Positions 1 through 12,070 of a stretch of DNA of 64,000 nt are shown piece by piece. Each line of letters starts with the position of its first letter. Within the stretch, counting starts at the first letter, position 1. The stretch covers positions 388,306,001 through 388,370,000 of the forward strand of contig OZ024740.1 of the NCBI GenBank assembly GCA_964016885.1, read 5' to 3'. A program made the position numbers and the translations under genes. The notes under the pieces were generated by a model, which searched no databases, was not told the origin of the DNA, and saw only the letters and a program-made list of their open reading frames with translations. Source of the DNA: Eledone cirrhosa. Its lineage: Eukaryota.

Positions 1-649
1 CAATAAATGAATACACGCATAATCATGCATTGAATTGAGCCCTTTCTTAACTGCTGTGACTTTGCTATTTATTTAAAAATTACATATGGATGTATAGATA
101 TATTCAGAAACGGGGAAATTGGAAGAAATTGAAAAAGATATAACATGAAAAGAATAAAAACCACCTTCCTGAATATCAGCTATCTGTTATTTTTACAGTA
201 CTACTAAGTTCCAATCAGGACACATGCAGTAACAACAAATTGGAATACAAAGCTGGAGATAAAAAATGTGCAAAAATCACTCGAAACGAAAAGCAAAGAA
301 TTTTTGGCACTGTCATGAATGTTTGACTCCGTTCAGATTATACTAAATTATTTTCGTTTCTCATTCTTCAAAATACACATAGGATGTTTGAAATTAGCGT
401 CACACTAGGACAGCAGCTGGTTGGGTAGTTTGTTTATAATGTTCTATTTCTATTCATTCGACCATCGTTTCATTATTCAACATCGCTGTGATATTTGCAT
501 GAATTTTACTTACTTTATTAAAGCTATTATATTAAATTTCGTTTATATACAAGCACATACCCAACACAAACTTATATATAAGTTCCCTAAGATTGACCAA
601 CATTTTTATCCCTCTTAAATTCTGTAGATATCGTCAATACTGAGCCTTA

Positions 650-1450
650 AATCCATGGGTAGTGCTTTATCTTTTCCTTGTATCCACTCCTACTTAGAAC
701 CTTGTTATAATACCAAGCTTTTTCCATAAAAATCTCTTCCGTCGCTGACAATTCAGAAATCCCCAGAGAAATGTAGTTTCCTAAGCCTTTAATAAAGGAA
801 CTAGGGTGGTTTAAGTTTCATAACATAGTGAAGGTTCTCGTTCGGCTTATGTTAAGGCCGGTAAAGGCTCGTCCGTGGATACGTTTATTATCATGTTTAA
901 AATGTTTACACTTTTTGCTATCCTCAAAAGTTATTGAGAGGCTATATTGCCTAAATATGTCTAATTTGTTCTCTACGTCTCTCCAAAGATGACGGGATGA
1001 GATGATTTGTCGTTAATAGACAATCATCACGATATAATCTTCCGTCAATATCGCGATAATAATCCTTCAATTTGAAAAGAAGAAATAAACCACAAGGTCA
1101 GAATTTAAAAATATTCCGTGTCCAGTGTTTATTCTCAAATTCTTTTATGGTTTTCCTGGCATGCAGAATTATATTTATCTCATTCTTGGTGATATTAGAT
1201 CATATACTAGATAAAATAAGTGCCAAGTGAGTAATATTGGTGAGATAAATGAATAATTCCCATCGATATCGAAGTAACTTCATTTTCTTTCAGTTTAAGA
1301 AACCATTCAATCTCTTCATCAGTGTTATCTCAAAGTGGGAGTTTCAAATATTTCTTCATTTGTGATATAATCCTGGCCAAAATTACCTTACTAATTCTAC
1401 CGATGTCGGATTTTGACGGGCTGATAATTCTCATCGAAGGATTGCTAAGG

Positions 1451-1452
<2 letters not shown>
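650..1452 (-). mobile_element. Degenerate Penelope-like element, reverse transcriptase fragment
   Basis: Minus-strand translation across stops and frameshifts gives NPSMRIISPSKSDIGRISKVILARII, NTDEEIEWF, EINIILHARKT, DGRLYRDDCL (RT catalytic YxDD), HKPNENLHYV and YYNKVLSRSGYKEKI, all typical of PLE RT/thumb regions. The 5' side abuts (TA)n. Confidence 0.8.
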
Positions 1453-1497
<45 letters not shown>

Positions 1498-1809
1498 AAT
1501 AAAGAAATGGCCTCTACAGGACTAGAAATGTTTCATTCGAAGGAAATCACCAGAAAAGCCAACTGTCGTTGTACTATGGTTGTATTTGTATGTTTTCTGG
1601 TGTTTGGGGAAAGTCGTAATTTTGAGAGTGGGTGGAGGTCATTGACCAAGGCATTTAATGAACAGGGATTCTTTGAAAAATCTCTTTTTAGAAATATACA
1701 TATTAATACCATGACACGGAACAGACTCTTACATTCTCCCCCAGCATCAAGAAATTGACCTACGCTACAAATTTCGTGTTGCCACATGGAATGACCTGTA
1801 TTTCCTTCG

Positions 1810-1867
<58 letters not shown>

Positions 1868-1872
<5 letters not shown>

Positions 1873-2277
1873 GAAAAAATGAAACGAAATTTCATTTCTC
1901 ACTCTTAGTACGGGTGTTACTTAAATATAAGTATGTATACGTACATACATATATGTATACAGACGTACAGTAGTATGTATATATATATATACATACATGC
2001 ACACATATATATATGACAGGAAGGTAAATGTTGCTGACGATAGCTAATAAGCTTGAAACTAGTACAGCGTTCCTTTGTCAGTGTTGAACAAATGAGCAAC
2101 GATGGTTGCTAGACACTGTACGGCTTAATTCGGGATGTTTGTTTACAAACACACCGAGCATTGTAATAAATGTTCGGTGAATCCATACGTACATATATAT
2201 GTGTGCATGTATGTATATATATATATATATACATACTACTGTACGTCTGTATACATATATGTATGTACGTATACATA

Positions 2278-2285
<8 letters not shown>
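1868..2285 (+). mobile_element. Short non-coding HHR-bearing element (family A) with inverted arms, embedded in (TA)n
   Basis: About 1926-2013 is the reverse complement of about 2190-2284, with an HHR between the arms. Further copies lie at 46476-46545 and 47270-47985. Confidence 0.75.
2027..2071 (+). ncRNA. Minimal type I hammerhead ribozyme
   Basis: aatgttg-CTGACGA-t-agct-aata-agct-t-GAAAC-ta-GTA-cagcgtt: intact core, stem I with G-U pairs, stem II agct/agct, palindromic helix III (ACTAGT), GUA cleavage triplet. Confidence 0.8.
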
Positions 2286-2315
<30 letters not shown>

Positions 2316-2364
2316 TATCAAAATAAAGATCCGAAGGCATGGTATAAATTTCCAATCATTTTAA

Positions 2365-2438
2365 TCACGACACATGTTTCAATAAGGGATAGATCGATCT
2401 TATGGTCATGATCGATTATAACTGATCTCATCAGGTGA
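2365..2438 (-). ncRNA. Type I hammerhead ribozyme with extended stem II
   Basis: Minus strand reads tcac-CTGATGA-gat...atcgatc/gatcgat hairpin...att-GAAAC-atgt-GTC-gtga. Stem I tcac/gtga is perfect and the triplet is the canonical GUC. It lies in an ~290 bp segment bounded by (TA)n. Confidence 0.75.
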
Positions 2439-2735
2439 ATAATGAAATGTCTTCAAATCTTTGATATGAGGGAGGAAAAACTAAAGATGTTCACTCACTA
2501 GAGTTTTGTACCCCATATGAAGTATCAGCAGCCAAAACCGCCAACTGTTATCGTCTTCAGTCAGGGTCATAAATCTATCAAGTCTGTCTCTATCTCTCAA
2601 TAGCTGTACTACTTATACATATATACGTATATATATATATATATATGTAGAGGTTATATTTAATTTGTTGGGATACAACAAACAAAATATTTTTATAACT
2701 GATATAAAGCACTCAACAATTTATTGGAGTAAATA

Positions 2736-2993
2736 TACAATATATTAAACAAATGGAAACTATATTTATAAAACCATATTTATTTCATTATACATATTTC
2801 AAGGGCCACCAGGCGATTCCAACCAGAATGGTTGCATTTTTTAAAAGTATGTCAATATTTATTTATAAAACTAACCTATATTATATTTTATCTGATGAAA
2901 GCGCACCATAGTTTGCTCTGGTGGCCCTTGAAATATGTATAATGAAATAAATATGGTTTTATAAATATAGTTTCCATTTGTTAATATATTGTA
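2736..2993 (+). mobile_element. Inverted-arm mini-element with HHR-like motif (2887-2946)
   Basis: 2736-2812 is the reverse complement of 2918-2993. The motif reads CTGATGA-aagcgcacca...tggtggccctt-GAAA-t-atgt-ATA, flanked by (TA)n. Confidence 0.65.
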
Positions 2994-3005
2994 TATATAT
3001 ATATA

Positions 3006-3673
3006 TTTATTAAAATAACAGATTAAAGTTTAAGCAAAGAATCGCTACTTTCACCCTTAACGGGATCTTCTAAAACTAACAAAGTCAATTTGTGAACGCA
3101 GAAGTGAATATTTCAAAAAACGTTGCAACCGGAGGAAGACAGGAAGACGATACTTTGGTTCGTGGAAACGTTCGCTGGCAAAGAACGGGAAAAAACGAAT
3201 ATAATACGTCATTATTTGGAGCGGTGAAAAACAATTACACGCAAAGACAAAACCACGTTTATGATATAAAAGAAGTCGTAGACTAATATTTTATTAGGTG
3301 GTTCATAGAGACGTTCTCTGGCAATGAACGGAAAAAACGAACATAATACGTCATATGTGGAGCGTGGAGAACAATTACACGCAAAGACAAAACCACGTAA
3401 ATGGTATAACTGAAGTCGTAGACTAAAATTCAAACTAGGAAACCGAATGATTCTCGGCTTCAGAGTTAAGAATAAAGTAAATAAAATACAGAGGTAATAG
3501 AAATTAAATAAATACATACACAAGCATACGCGAAAACACTCACCATGTGTATACAAATACACGCACGTACACAAAAATAAAACAACCCGCACGCACTTAC
3601 AGAACCCACGCAACGCCTGTACCCGCAGGCAAACGAATGTATACACCAAATACACATAAAAATATATATTTAA

Positions 3674-3753
<80 letters not shown>

Positions 3754-4900
3754 ATACATCTAATTAAATAAGCGTATATAAATAAATAAATACGTATATA
3801 ACAAGCGCACACACATACCTACATGTAAATACACATATGTTCCGAGACATACGTCAACCTAAATACAAAGTACACATATACACACACCCTACATTCGTAC
3901 GAACCCGCATACACACACAGACGCAAAACTCCAGTATACACATAACCAAAGTATATGTACCAGAATATATAATATATACGACATAACATATACAATCAAA
4001 TATACGTACAAGAAATTATACCTACCTAACACAAAACATACAGGTAATATATACTTACCTATACAAATAAGTAATGGTATAAACATAACATATACTTAGC
4101 TACCACATCAAGACGTAAAATATCCGCGTATAGATCGTACTATCCGTTAGGGTATAATGTGGGGCTGTAACACAGGAAAGTTTTGTGCAATTTATGCACA
4201 AAAGCCGAAATTGCCTCAGATTTTTTGTTTAAGATGTGGTCTTTGGCGTAGAGTATTTCCAGGGCCTCAGCGCCGCAGAGGTCACATGGTCTTTTATTTC
4301 CTTTATACGATCTAGCCCTAACTAGGATCTCCCAGTGTAACTTATATTGGGTGTGGTTGTCTTTTAGACTCCAGATATAAACTGAAAGTGACGTCATATT
4401 CCTTCTTAAAGGGTAACGAAAAGAATGGGTATGCATGTAAAGACACTGCTTGAATCTATTGGCGGTAAACCCTATGTAGGCCCTACAGGGTATGGTGTTT
4501 CAACCTTACATTTGTAGGGTGTTTCAACCTTACATTTGTAGACAATGTTACTAGAGAGGCATTTCCCGGATAGGGGAAGTCAACCCGATTCCTACAATTA
4601 CAGTTAGTACTAACTACGGGGTTGCACGTGTTCCGACCGCTAGGTAGTTTAGCTAAATTTGAAGCTGTGATGTTATGTGCAAGGTTAGGAGTCGTAGAGT
4701 AAAAAATTTTAATAGTATTTCTATTAAAAAATTTACTATATTTATGTGTAGGGGGAAAATGCTTCGTAATAAGGGAGAGAAAGATCTTAGCAAATGGTGT
4801 GACCACCTCCATATTATATGGTGGGTTATACCATATAATGCGACGGGATCTATTTCTTCTAGGTCTATTTTCGTACTTTTGCTTAAAATTTAATCTGGTA
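3006..4900 (-). mobile_element. 5'-truncated Penelope-like element: GIY-YIG endonuclease pseudo-ORF (4140-4870) plus 3' UTR/pLTR
   Basis: Motifs RRIIWYNPPYN, KHFPPTHKYSKFFNRNTIK, CNCRN, NIVYKCKV, YIGFT, TSLSVYIWSLK, CDLC and LNKKSE, with frameshifts. The 3' end terminates at (TA)n and is repeated at 32381-32855. Confidence 0.88.
3166..3430. repeat. Two diverged tandem units (~140 bp) inside the PLE 3' UTR
   Basis: acgttc..ctggcaa..gaacgg...ggagcg...cacgcaaagacaaaaccacgt...gaagtcgtagactaa occurs twice here and twice in the 32.5-32.8 kb copy. Confidence 0.8.
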
Positions 4901-4990
4901 TTTTAATAAATATTTACTCTACGGTATATTTGATATATATTTATCCTTATCGAGCCCTCTTTGGATTTTAGTCTTCAAATATATTATTAT

Positions 4991-5041
<51 letters not shown>

Positions 5042-5055
5042 CACACACACGCACG

Positions 5056-5157
<102 letters not shown>

Positions 5158-5158
5158 G

Positions 5159-5433
5159 AAATATTGTTATATTTAGGAAAGGTCATATTGTGATAATATT
5201 GCCAGAATTAATAATAAAACACACTCACTGTTTGGTTTGGATTGATTTTCGCTTCTGTATCTTTTATATCTCCATAGTTAATTTATCTAGCAATCAATGT
5301 TTATCATTGATTGACCAACGGTTAAAAATACAGATATAAATATATATAGTCTACCAAAGTTCTTTCGTTACACATCTGCGACATCATCAGTGGTACTATT
5401 ATGTTTCCCTCCGTTGTATTGTAATCTCTACGC
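5159..5433 (-). mobile_element. PLE family B (Naiad-type) 3' pLTR fragment
   Basis: Homologous to 49312-49690, 57600-57945 and 61030-61400 (shared aatattgccagaattaata..acacactcactgttt..ttttcgcttctgt..caaagttctttcg). Confidence 0.75.
5352..5395 (-). ncRNA. Hammerhead ribozyme (family B variant, CUU triplet)
   Basis: Minus strand reads tacca-CTGATGA-t-gtcgca-gatg-tgtaac-GAAA-g-aa-CTT-tggta. Stem I tacca/tggta is perfect. Confidence 0.7.
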
Positions 5434-6624
5434 AAAAATGTGTCGTGACGTCTCGTTGGTATGCAGGTCTAAACAAGTAAGAACATTCCTCATCAGTTTT
5501 ATCTATCCAGCATAAAGTTAGCAATCAAACGTAACAAACGTATCATGATATATATCACACTTTAAGGGGTTGTAAGGTTTTATAATGCTTTCGAAATGTT
5601 TTAGACATTTCCTGACACACGTTATGCTCACACATTGTCTGTCCTTAATTTCTCATATGCAATAAATGGCTTACTTCTTGATTAATTCCAGAGTTTTCAT
5701 ATAGCCCTAAGTGATTTACACGTGTACCCATTTTCTTTCTACATTTCTATCTTCTATTTCGTTTTCATTTATACAATAAAGCATACGATAATATTGTTTT
5801 TCGAAATATTATTTGTTAAATTGAAATATCAATTATTTGATAACATTTTCCATGCTTCATAGGAATTTCTTGCAGCTAAGTATCAAAGAAATATAATTCA
5901 TAGATTCGCTAATTATAATACATAAGCAATCGTAATAGCTTTGTATTTATTTCAGCAACTATACACTGTTTTACGAAGAACAATGAAATCATTTGAAGAT
6001 ATCATTTGCAAGTATTTATGATTAAAAATATTCTTGTTAAATTATTTCTCTTCCTCTTGTTTTCTTTCTATCTCTCGCCATTTTCCTTCTCCCATTGTCT
6101 TTACAAGGTAAATCATTCTATGCCGTCAAAAATAAATAATTCTCTGAATGTCGCTCGTCGGAAAAGAACGAACTGCTTCTGAAATGTACGAATATGATGC
6201 TGTCCAGTTTTACAACGCCAGTTGCAGCGTCCCATCCTGTTGTGACAATATTATTGAGGGAAGCATACCTAGGAAAGTGGCCGAAGTGGTATAATAACAG
6301 AGCTCGATAACAGCTACTATTATCTATAACGGCTCTCTGATCCCAAGTAGGAACCTGTTTGAAACGGCGTTATACAGCCAGATTCCACTCAACTATATCA
6401 GGTTGTAGAGTTTAGTCAAGTACAACTGTGGAGCTTGGAGATGTGGTATTGGAACAGGTGATTTAATGTTTGCCAGAGTAGATGTGTTAATAAATAGGTC
6501 AAATTATTGCTGTAACGTTTACGTTCAAATACATTAAAGCAAGCTATTATGCTTTCTAGTGTATTGCGAATATAATCATTTTCTCGGAGGCCACGTATGT
6601 TCGATTGGTCATTGATATTGTTCG

Positions 6625-7950
6625 TCTTTTCCTTATCTTCGCTCACTTATTCCTGAGAGGGAGATGGGGACCAGAATCCTCAAACACTTTTTCAAGCGAG
6701 TCATGCCTGAAGCAACCGTCTCCAACTGATCCGACTGAATCCCCAAGCGTAATAAGCGGGACTAGCCGAGCTCATGGATGTTATCAAACAATTTTGCTCG
6801 AAGTCTAACCCCGGGTCTCTTGCCGGCTGGTTTTGGCCGTAGAATCTGTCCAGCGATTCTTTCCTGAAACATTCTAACCACATGCCTGTATTATCGAATT
6901 CATGATATTTCAATTTGGAAAAGTAGCGTCTTTATCTGAAACGAGTCTCTGATCTCCGAGCTAAGCACTCTATCGAGTAACGTTACTCCGAAGACCCTTC
7001 GGAGGAACTTCATTTCGGCCGTTTTTATTGGCGATAGTAGACCTTCGGTCATTACCCAAGATGTATGGCCATAGGTAAGGGATGGTGCATATACTGAATT
7101 TGCACCAAGCCCACTTCTTTTGATTACCGAATACTGAACTTGGCGCCTTACTTGCTCCAGCTTCTGCCTTCCATCACACCTGTGCACAACCCCGAGATAC
7201 TTCGATACTTACACTTCTCCACCTGCTTCATTGGAACTCCATTCACATCTAGAGTGCACTGCTCAGGCTTCCTTGAAAGAAGTGCCTCGGTTTTCGCATC
7301 ACTGATTTTCATTTCAGCAATGTAGCACTCGACATCACACCTATCAAGAGCATGTCGGATATCAGCTTCTGTCAATTTTAGTAATACCATGTTGTCTGCA
7401 AATTCGAGCCGACACCTGCCAGTCGTGACACCATTTCCAACCCGGCTGCCTATGTTAGTCTTGTTCATAAAAATAATCAACGGCAAAGGTGACAATGCGC
7501 TCTTTTGACAGAGTCCGACTCCCACATTGAATCATTTCGATTCGGTTCTATTTATCCGAAGACAAATACTTGGGCACTCGTATAGAGACACCATGATCAC
7601 AAGAAGCTGACCATTGATTCTATACTCTTGCAGAACCCTCGATAGTGGGTCACGTGGTACGCAGTCATATGTCTTTTCGAGGCAGTACTTCCACGATTTC
7701 TCGAATACCTGCTGCAGTGTGGATATTATAACCACATGTCCTGGTCGGCTATGCTGCGTCCAAGGTGAAAACTACACTCTTGATAGCTTCTTTGGAATCG
7801 ACAATCTCCCTAAATCTCTTTTGCCAGACACTTAGTATAGACTTTACTGGAGAGGCTTAACAAGGAGATCCCCCTACAATTGGAGTAATGCCTTTTATCT
7901 CATGGTTTTAAAATTGGGATTACCACTCCCGATTGCCATTGCCTAACTGT
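6625..7950 (-). mobile_element. Degenerate RTE-clade LINE (RT and C-terminal region)
   Basis: Motifs LQQVFEKSW, LEKTYDCVPR, GLCQKSALSPL, FADNMVLL, QVEKCKY and AEMKFLRRVFGVTLLDRV across broken ORFs. Its 3' end recurs at 26515-26727. Confidence 0.85.
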
Positions 7951-8371
7951 CTTTCCTAAGATCCATGCGACCCGGCACACAGGTGTCAGCCAGAGAATAC
8001 TTTCTCTATTTAAGGCCTGTAATATCTCAGCCTAATTTCATCCTCCCCAGTGGCCGTGCCACATTTGAGCTCTTTAATTGCGCTTATGATCTAAAGGAAA
8101 TTAGTCATCGCTCCCAGATGCACCTCATGTACATCAGATGTTTCGATCGATTGGTTTGTTCGATTGATAGTTAACGAATCAAAGAGATATCTTTTGTGTT
8201 TACGCAGTCGCGTAAATACTTTGAATGAACTATGTTGACGTACAGTATTATATTAGGAATGTATTTCGAAAGCACAACGATGCATTTTTGAAAATAGATA
8301 TTGCTTGAAACATAAAACTTCAATCAATACCAGTGCTGGCCTATCTGATTAAATAAACGTGAAACAGAATA

Positions 8372-8553
8372 CAAGTAAAATTCTGTTATAACGAATACCA
8401 TTATAACGTTTTCAGTATATTGACATTTTTTCAATCCCCGAGGTAATAACAAACAAAAGCTCGATTTCTTTCGGTCGATCTCGTTATAAAGAATTTTTCG
8501 TTACATTCTATTTTTTTATATCCCGTGAATTTTGTTATAACGAAATTTCCCTG
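8372..8553. mobile_element. Putative Tc1/mariner- or pogo-type MITE
   Basis: Imperfect TIRs (caagtaaaattctgttataac / gttataacgaaatttccctg), TA on both sides, and a repeated internal gttataacg motif. Confidence 0.5.
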
Positions 8554-11500
8554 TATATACTACCAACGCGTATTCAAGACCTCGTTGATAGTGAATATGA
8601 AAAGCCTGCTGCATCTATGGACTTTTCAAAGGTATCTCGAGTCACGCTACAGCGTAGAATAGATTTGTTCTGTTAGTGAACACTGTCCTGGGCAGCTGTT
8701 GTTAAACAAGTGAAGTGAATTGAGAGATGTTGCATTTCCAAGTAGAAATCACTCTTCAGTATCAGAGACTGATGTAGGCACAAGATAGATAATGTAAAAT
8801 GAAGCTACCGGAAAAGAATCGATCTTTATTTCACTTGTTCATAGTAGGAAAGGTATTGCAAAATTGTCTCTGCTGCAGTAACAGCAACTCGTGAGACAGA
8901 GTAATTTCATAATTATATATCCAGGAAAAAATCAAGCTCTAAGCCTTGACAAAAGTTACTATTATTTCAAAATTATTTTCAATATAAGAATGCAGGCTGA
9001 TCGACAAAGAAACAATAGATACTTAGTCTTTTAAAATTCCAACAGTAGTGTTTTGGAAAAAGAGTAAATTAAAGTATTAGAAAATAAAGTATACAAATAT
9101 AGTTTTAAAAATCTGAGATATAATATATTCATCAGCATTTCACTATTAACATTAGCAAAAGATACCTTCATTACTTTTCTGCTTTCTCTCAAAAAATTGG
9201 ATGCATTAAAAATATTTAAAGATAATTGAATACAAATCGGGACAATAAATGCATTCAGAGGCTGAATAAAACTAAACGGTATGAAATAGATAACCTTTTA
9301 TTTATTTTTAGTGATTCATTCAGCGTTAGTCTCGGAAGAAAACTGTTAGCCCTTGCGTTATGAACTAATAAATTTGAATATAATGTTTTTATCAATATAA
9401 CGATATTTTATGATTGTTTAATACATGAATCTATTTTTATCAGCATAACACATCGTATTTATGGGTTCCTATATTGGCATACACAATCAATGCTTTCGTC
9501 TTTATGAAATATACAACATATTCGTGCAGGCTTAATGCAAAGGCAAAATGTGTCATGTTGTTAACAAAAGCTATGGTTTTGTATTTTAAATACCCATATG
9601 GTTAATTAGTGATCAATATTTCACGTGCGCATCGGTAGAACTATATAATTAAATATGTTTGAGCTTATCTTTGAGAGTTCAATTATTTCGTCAAACTTTG
9701 GTGATGCAAGATGCGATTACTTTCCAACTGTATTTCCATAAATTGTATGTACACCAATTATTTTATCGATCGCTGCTTGGTTAGAATATTTCAACACATG
9801 TGGCGCATGCATACTACTGTCTAATAACGAGATTTTTCATGGTTTTCAAATTTAGTGATTTCTTCTGGAAAAGCTCAGGTTTTGTCGTGGTGGACAAATA
9901 GGTGATTAGATCGGTACAATTTACCTTTCAGTTAAGAAATCAAAATTTAGCATATTGTCACGACATTCAGTTACAACTGGCTTTCTATCAATTAGACGAT
10001 GATGTTGCCAAATTTCGATGTCTGCTGATTCTGAGTAAATTTAAACGAAAACTCAATTTTTTGCACTCAATTTTATTATTTAAAAAAAGCCTAAATTACG
10101 TCTCTTGCAATGAATCATATTCTCCTCGATATAAGCGACAAAGATAAAATCAGTTGAGTCTTTCTGTTCAACAAGAACAATCAACCATGTGAATTAAACA
10201 CAAAAGAAATACATGGTGGCCATGTCTTCCCCGTCTTCATTTTCCCCTTCTTTCATTCTTTCCCTCTCTCTGCCCTTCCTCTTACTGCTTCTTTTCTTTC
10301 CTTCTCCTTTCTCCTACCCGCTGTTCTTCTCACCACTTCCGCTTACTACCACCTCCGCAGCCATTGTCTTTACTAATAGCGACCTGATGAAGAATTGATG
10401 CATTTTTTCTCCGTCTCTGACATGTCTATTTAATCTGTTCATTTCTCATACAAACATTATACCAACAGAAATATTTATTTCTCTGTTGCATGATCCGTCT
10501 ATTTTACGTGGTACTTTTGGTATGACTCTTGAAATCACAGCCGGTCCAAAAGCTGATGAATATATATAAATGTTTCTGTTATCTTCTCTTGTCCATTTTC
10601 TTCCTTTTGTCCTTCCTTCCTATCACTTCTAGCGGCTGATGTCTGTCCTTTGAGGTAAATTTTACCCGACGCTGTCATTGACGGCATTTTGTTGTTTTAA
10701 CAGCTTCCTTGCGGTGAGTTATTCTCATTACTCTACGAATATATAAACATATATAATATGTTTTTTATATACAATAAACATATTGTTGTGTTGCAGAGTT
10801 ATGTTCTTGAATATTTATAATGCTTTCAACCCATCAGCACAGCTTTTGGGAAAATCACCCTGGTATTTAAGCACTAGAAGAATTTAATTCATTCGACATT
10901 TATACATATTAAATGACGATGTCTTGAAATGATAATAATAAACTGGTTCGTGGTGCAATGTTTATAAAAAATCGCAGACGTACTGAACTTGCCACCAACA
11001 TTAAGATGCACTTCATCTACTTCATGCACCACCGCCGAAAATGTGTGGGTGCCTCATCGTAAAACTCTCGAGTATTCTTCCCTAAGAACTACCTATATAA
11101 CGCAGCTTTATCCCCGTTATACATGTCATACTAGAAGCCTTTCATACTTAAGTCATATCAAATCTTTCTAAATAGTTTGATCTCCTAGATTATGTTTTTC
11201 TCCTTAGTTCTTGCCACATTGTAAATAGTGTTACCATACTGAACAGTCTGGCATAAGATTTAGTAAAAGATTATATAAGCTTACAGCACTTATAGTACTT
11301 TAACTTGACTTTACTTTTTAACTGGATTTGAAAATGATTTAAAGCCGGAATAAATTTTGATACAATAAGGTTTTGCTGAGGGACTAATTTTCTTGAGCCG
11401 GGCGACTATTTTCCGCTAAAACAAGAGGTTCCAGGAGAGCATGGAACTGGTGAGGTGTAGTGAGAGGTGTAGCAGTAAGAGGGACATCAGGACACCACAT

Positions 11501-11971
11501 TTGTTGGGTGTGTAGCGTAGCAAAACACAGTGTTGGTTGTCACCAGTGGGAGTCAGTCTCCAACTGTGGAGATCGTTTGTTTTATCTTATATCTGATTTA
11601 ACAGTGACAAGTTTAATGCAGTTTGACTTCGTCATTGCGTAACTGTAAGTGTGTGAGTTTGTGTGTGCGTGTGTGTGTGTGTTTGTGTGTATGTGCGTAC
11701 ATGTGAGAAAAACAAAACACGCAGGCATATATCACAGAACTTACAGATCAAAAGTATCATGTTTGAATATCCAGCTCACATACACCACCTTCAATTTCTT
11801 ATATTAATCCGTTCTCATATTTTAATTTGATTTGGACGTTAAATTTTAATTCTCATAATTTTTCTTAAAATTATTGCCCGCTATGAAACATTATTTTCTC
11901 ATATTCTCTCGTTGTCTAACGTTGCAGATTGTTTTTACACATTCGTGCACAAGTACTCATATACACACTCG

Positions 11972-12070
<99 letters not shown>

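Noticed and set aside
1285-1325. CTGATGA...GAAA on the minus strand
   Set aside because: Lies inside PLE RT coding sequence (NTDEEIEWF); stems and NUH are not correctly placed.
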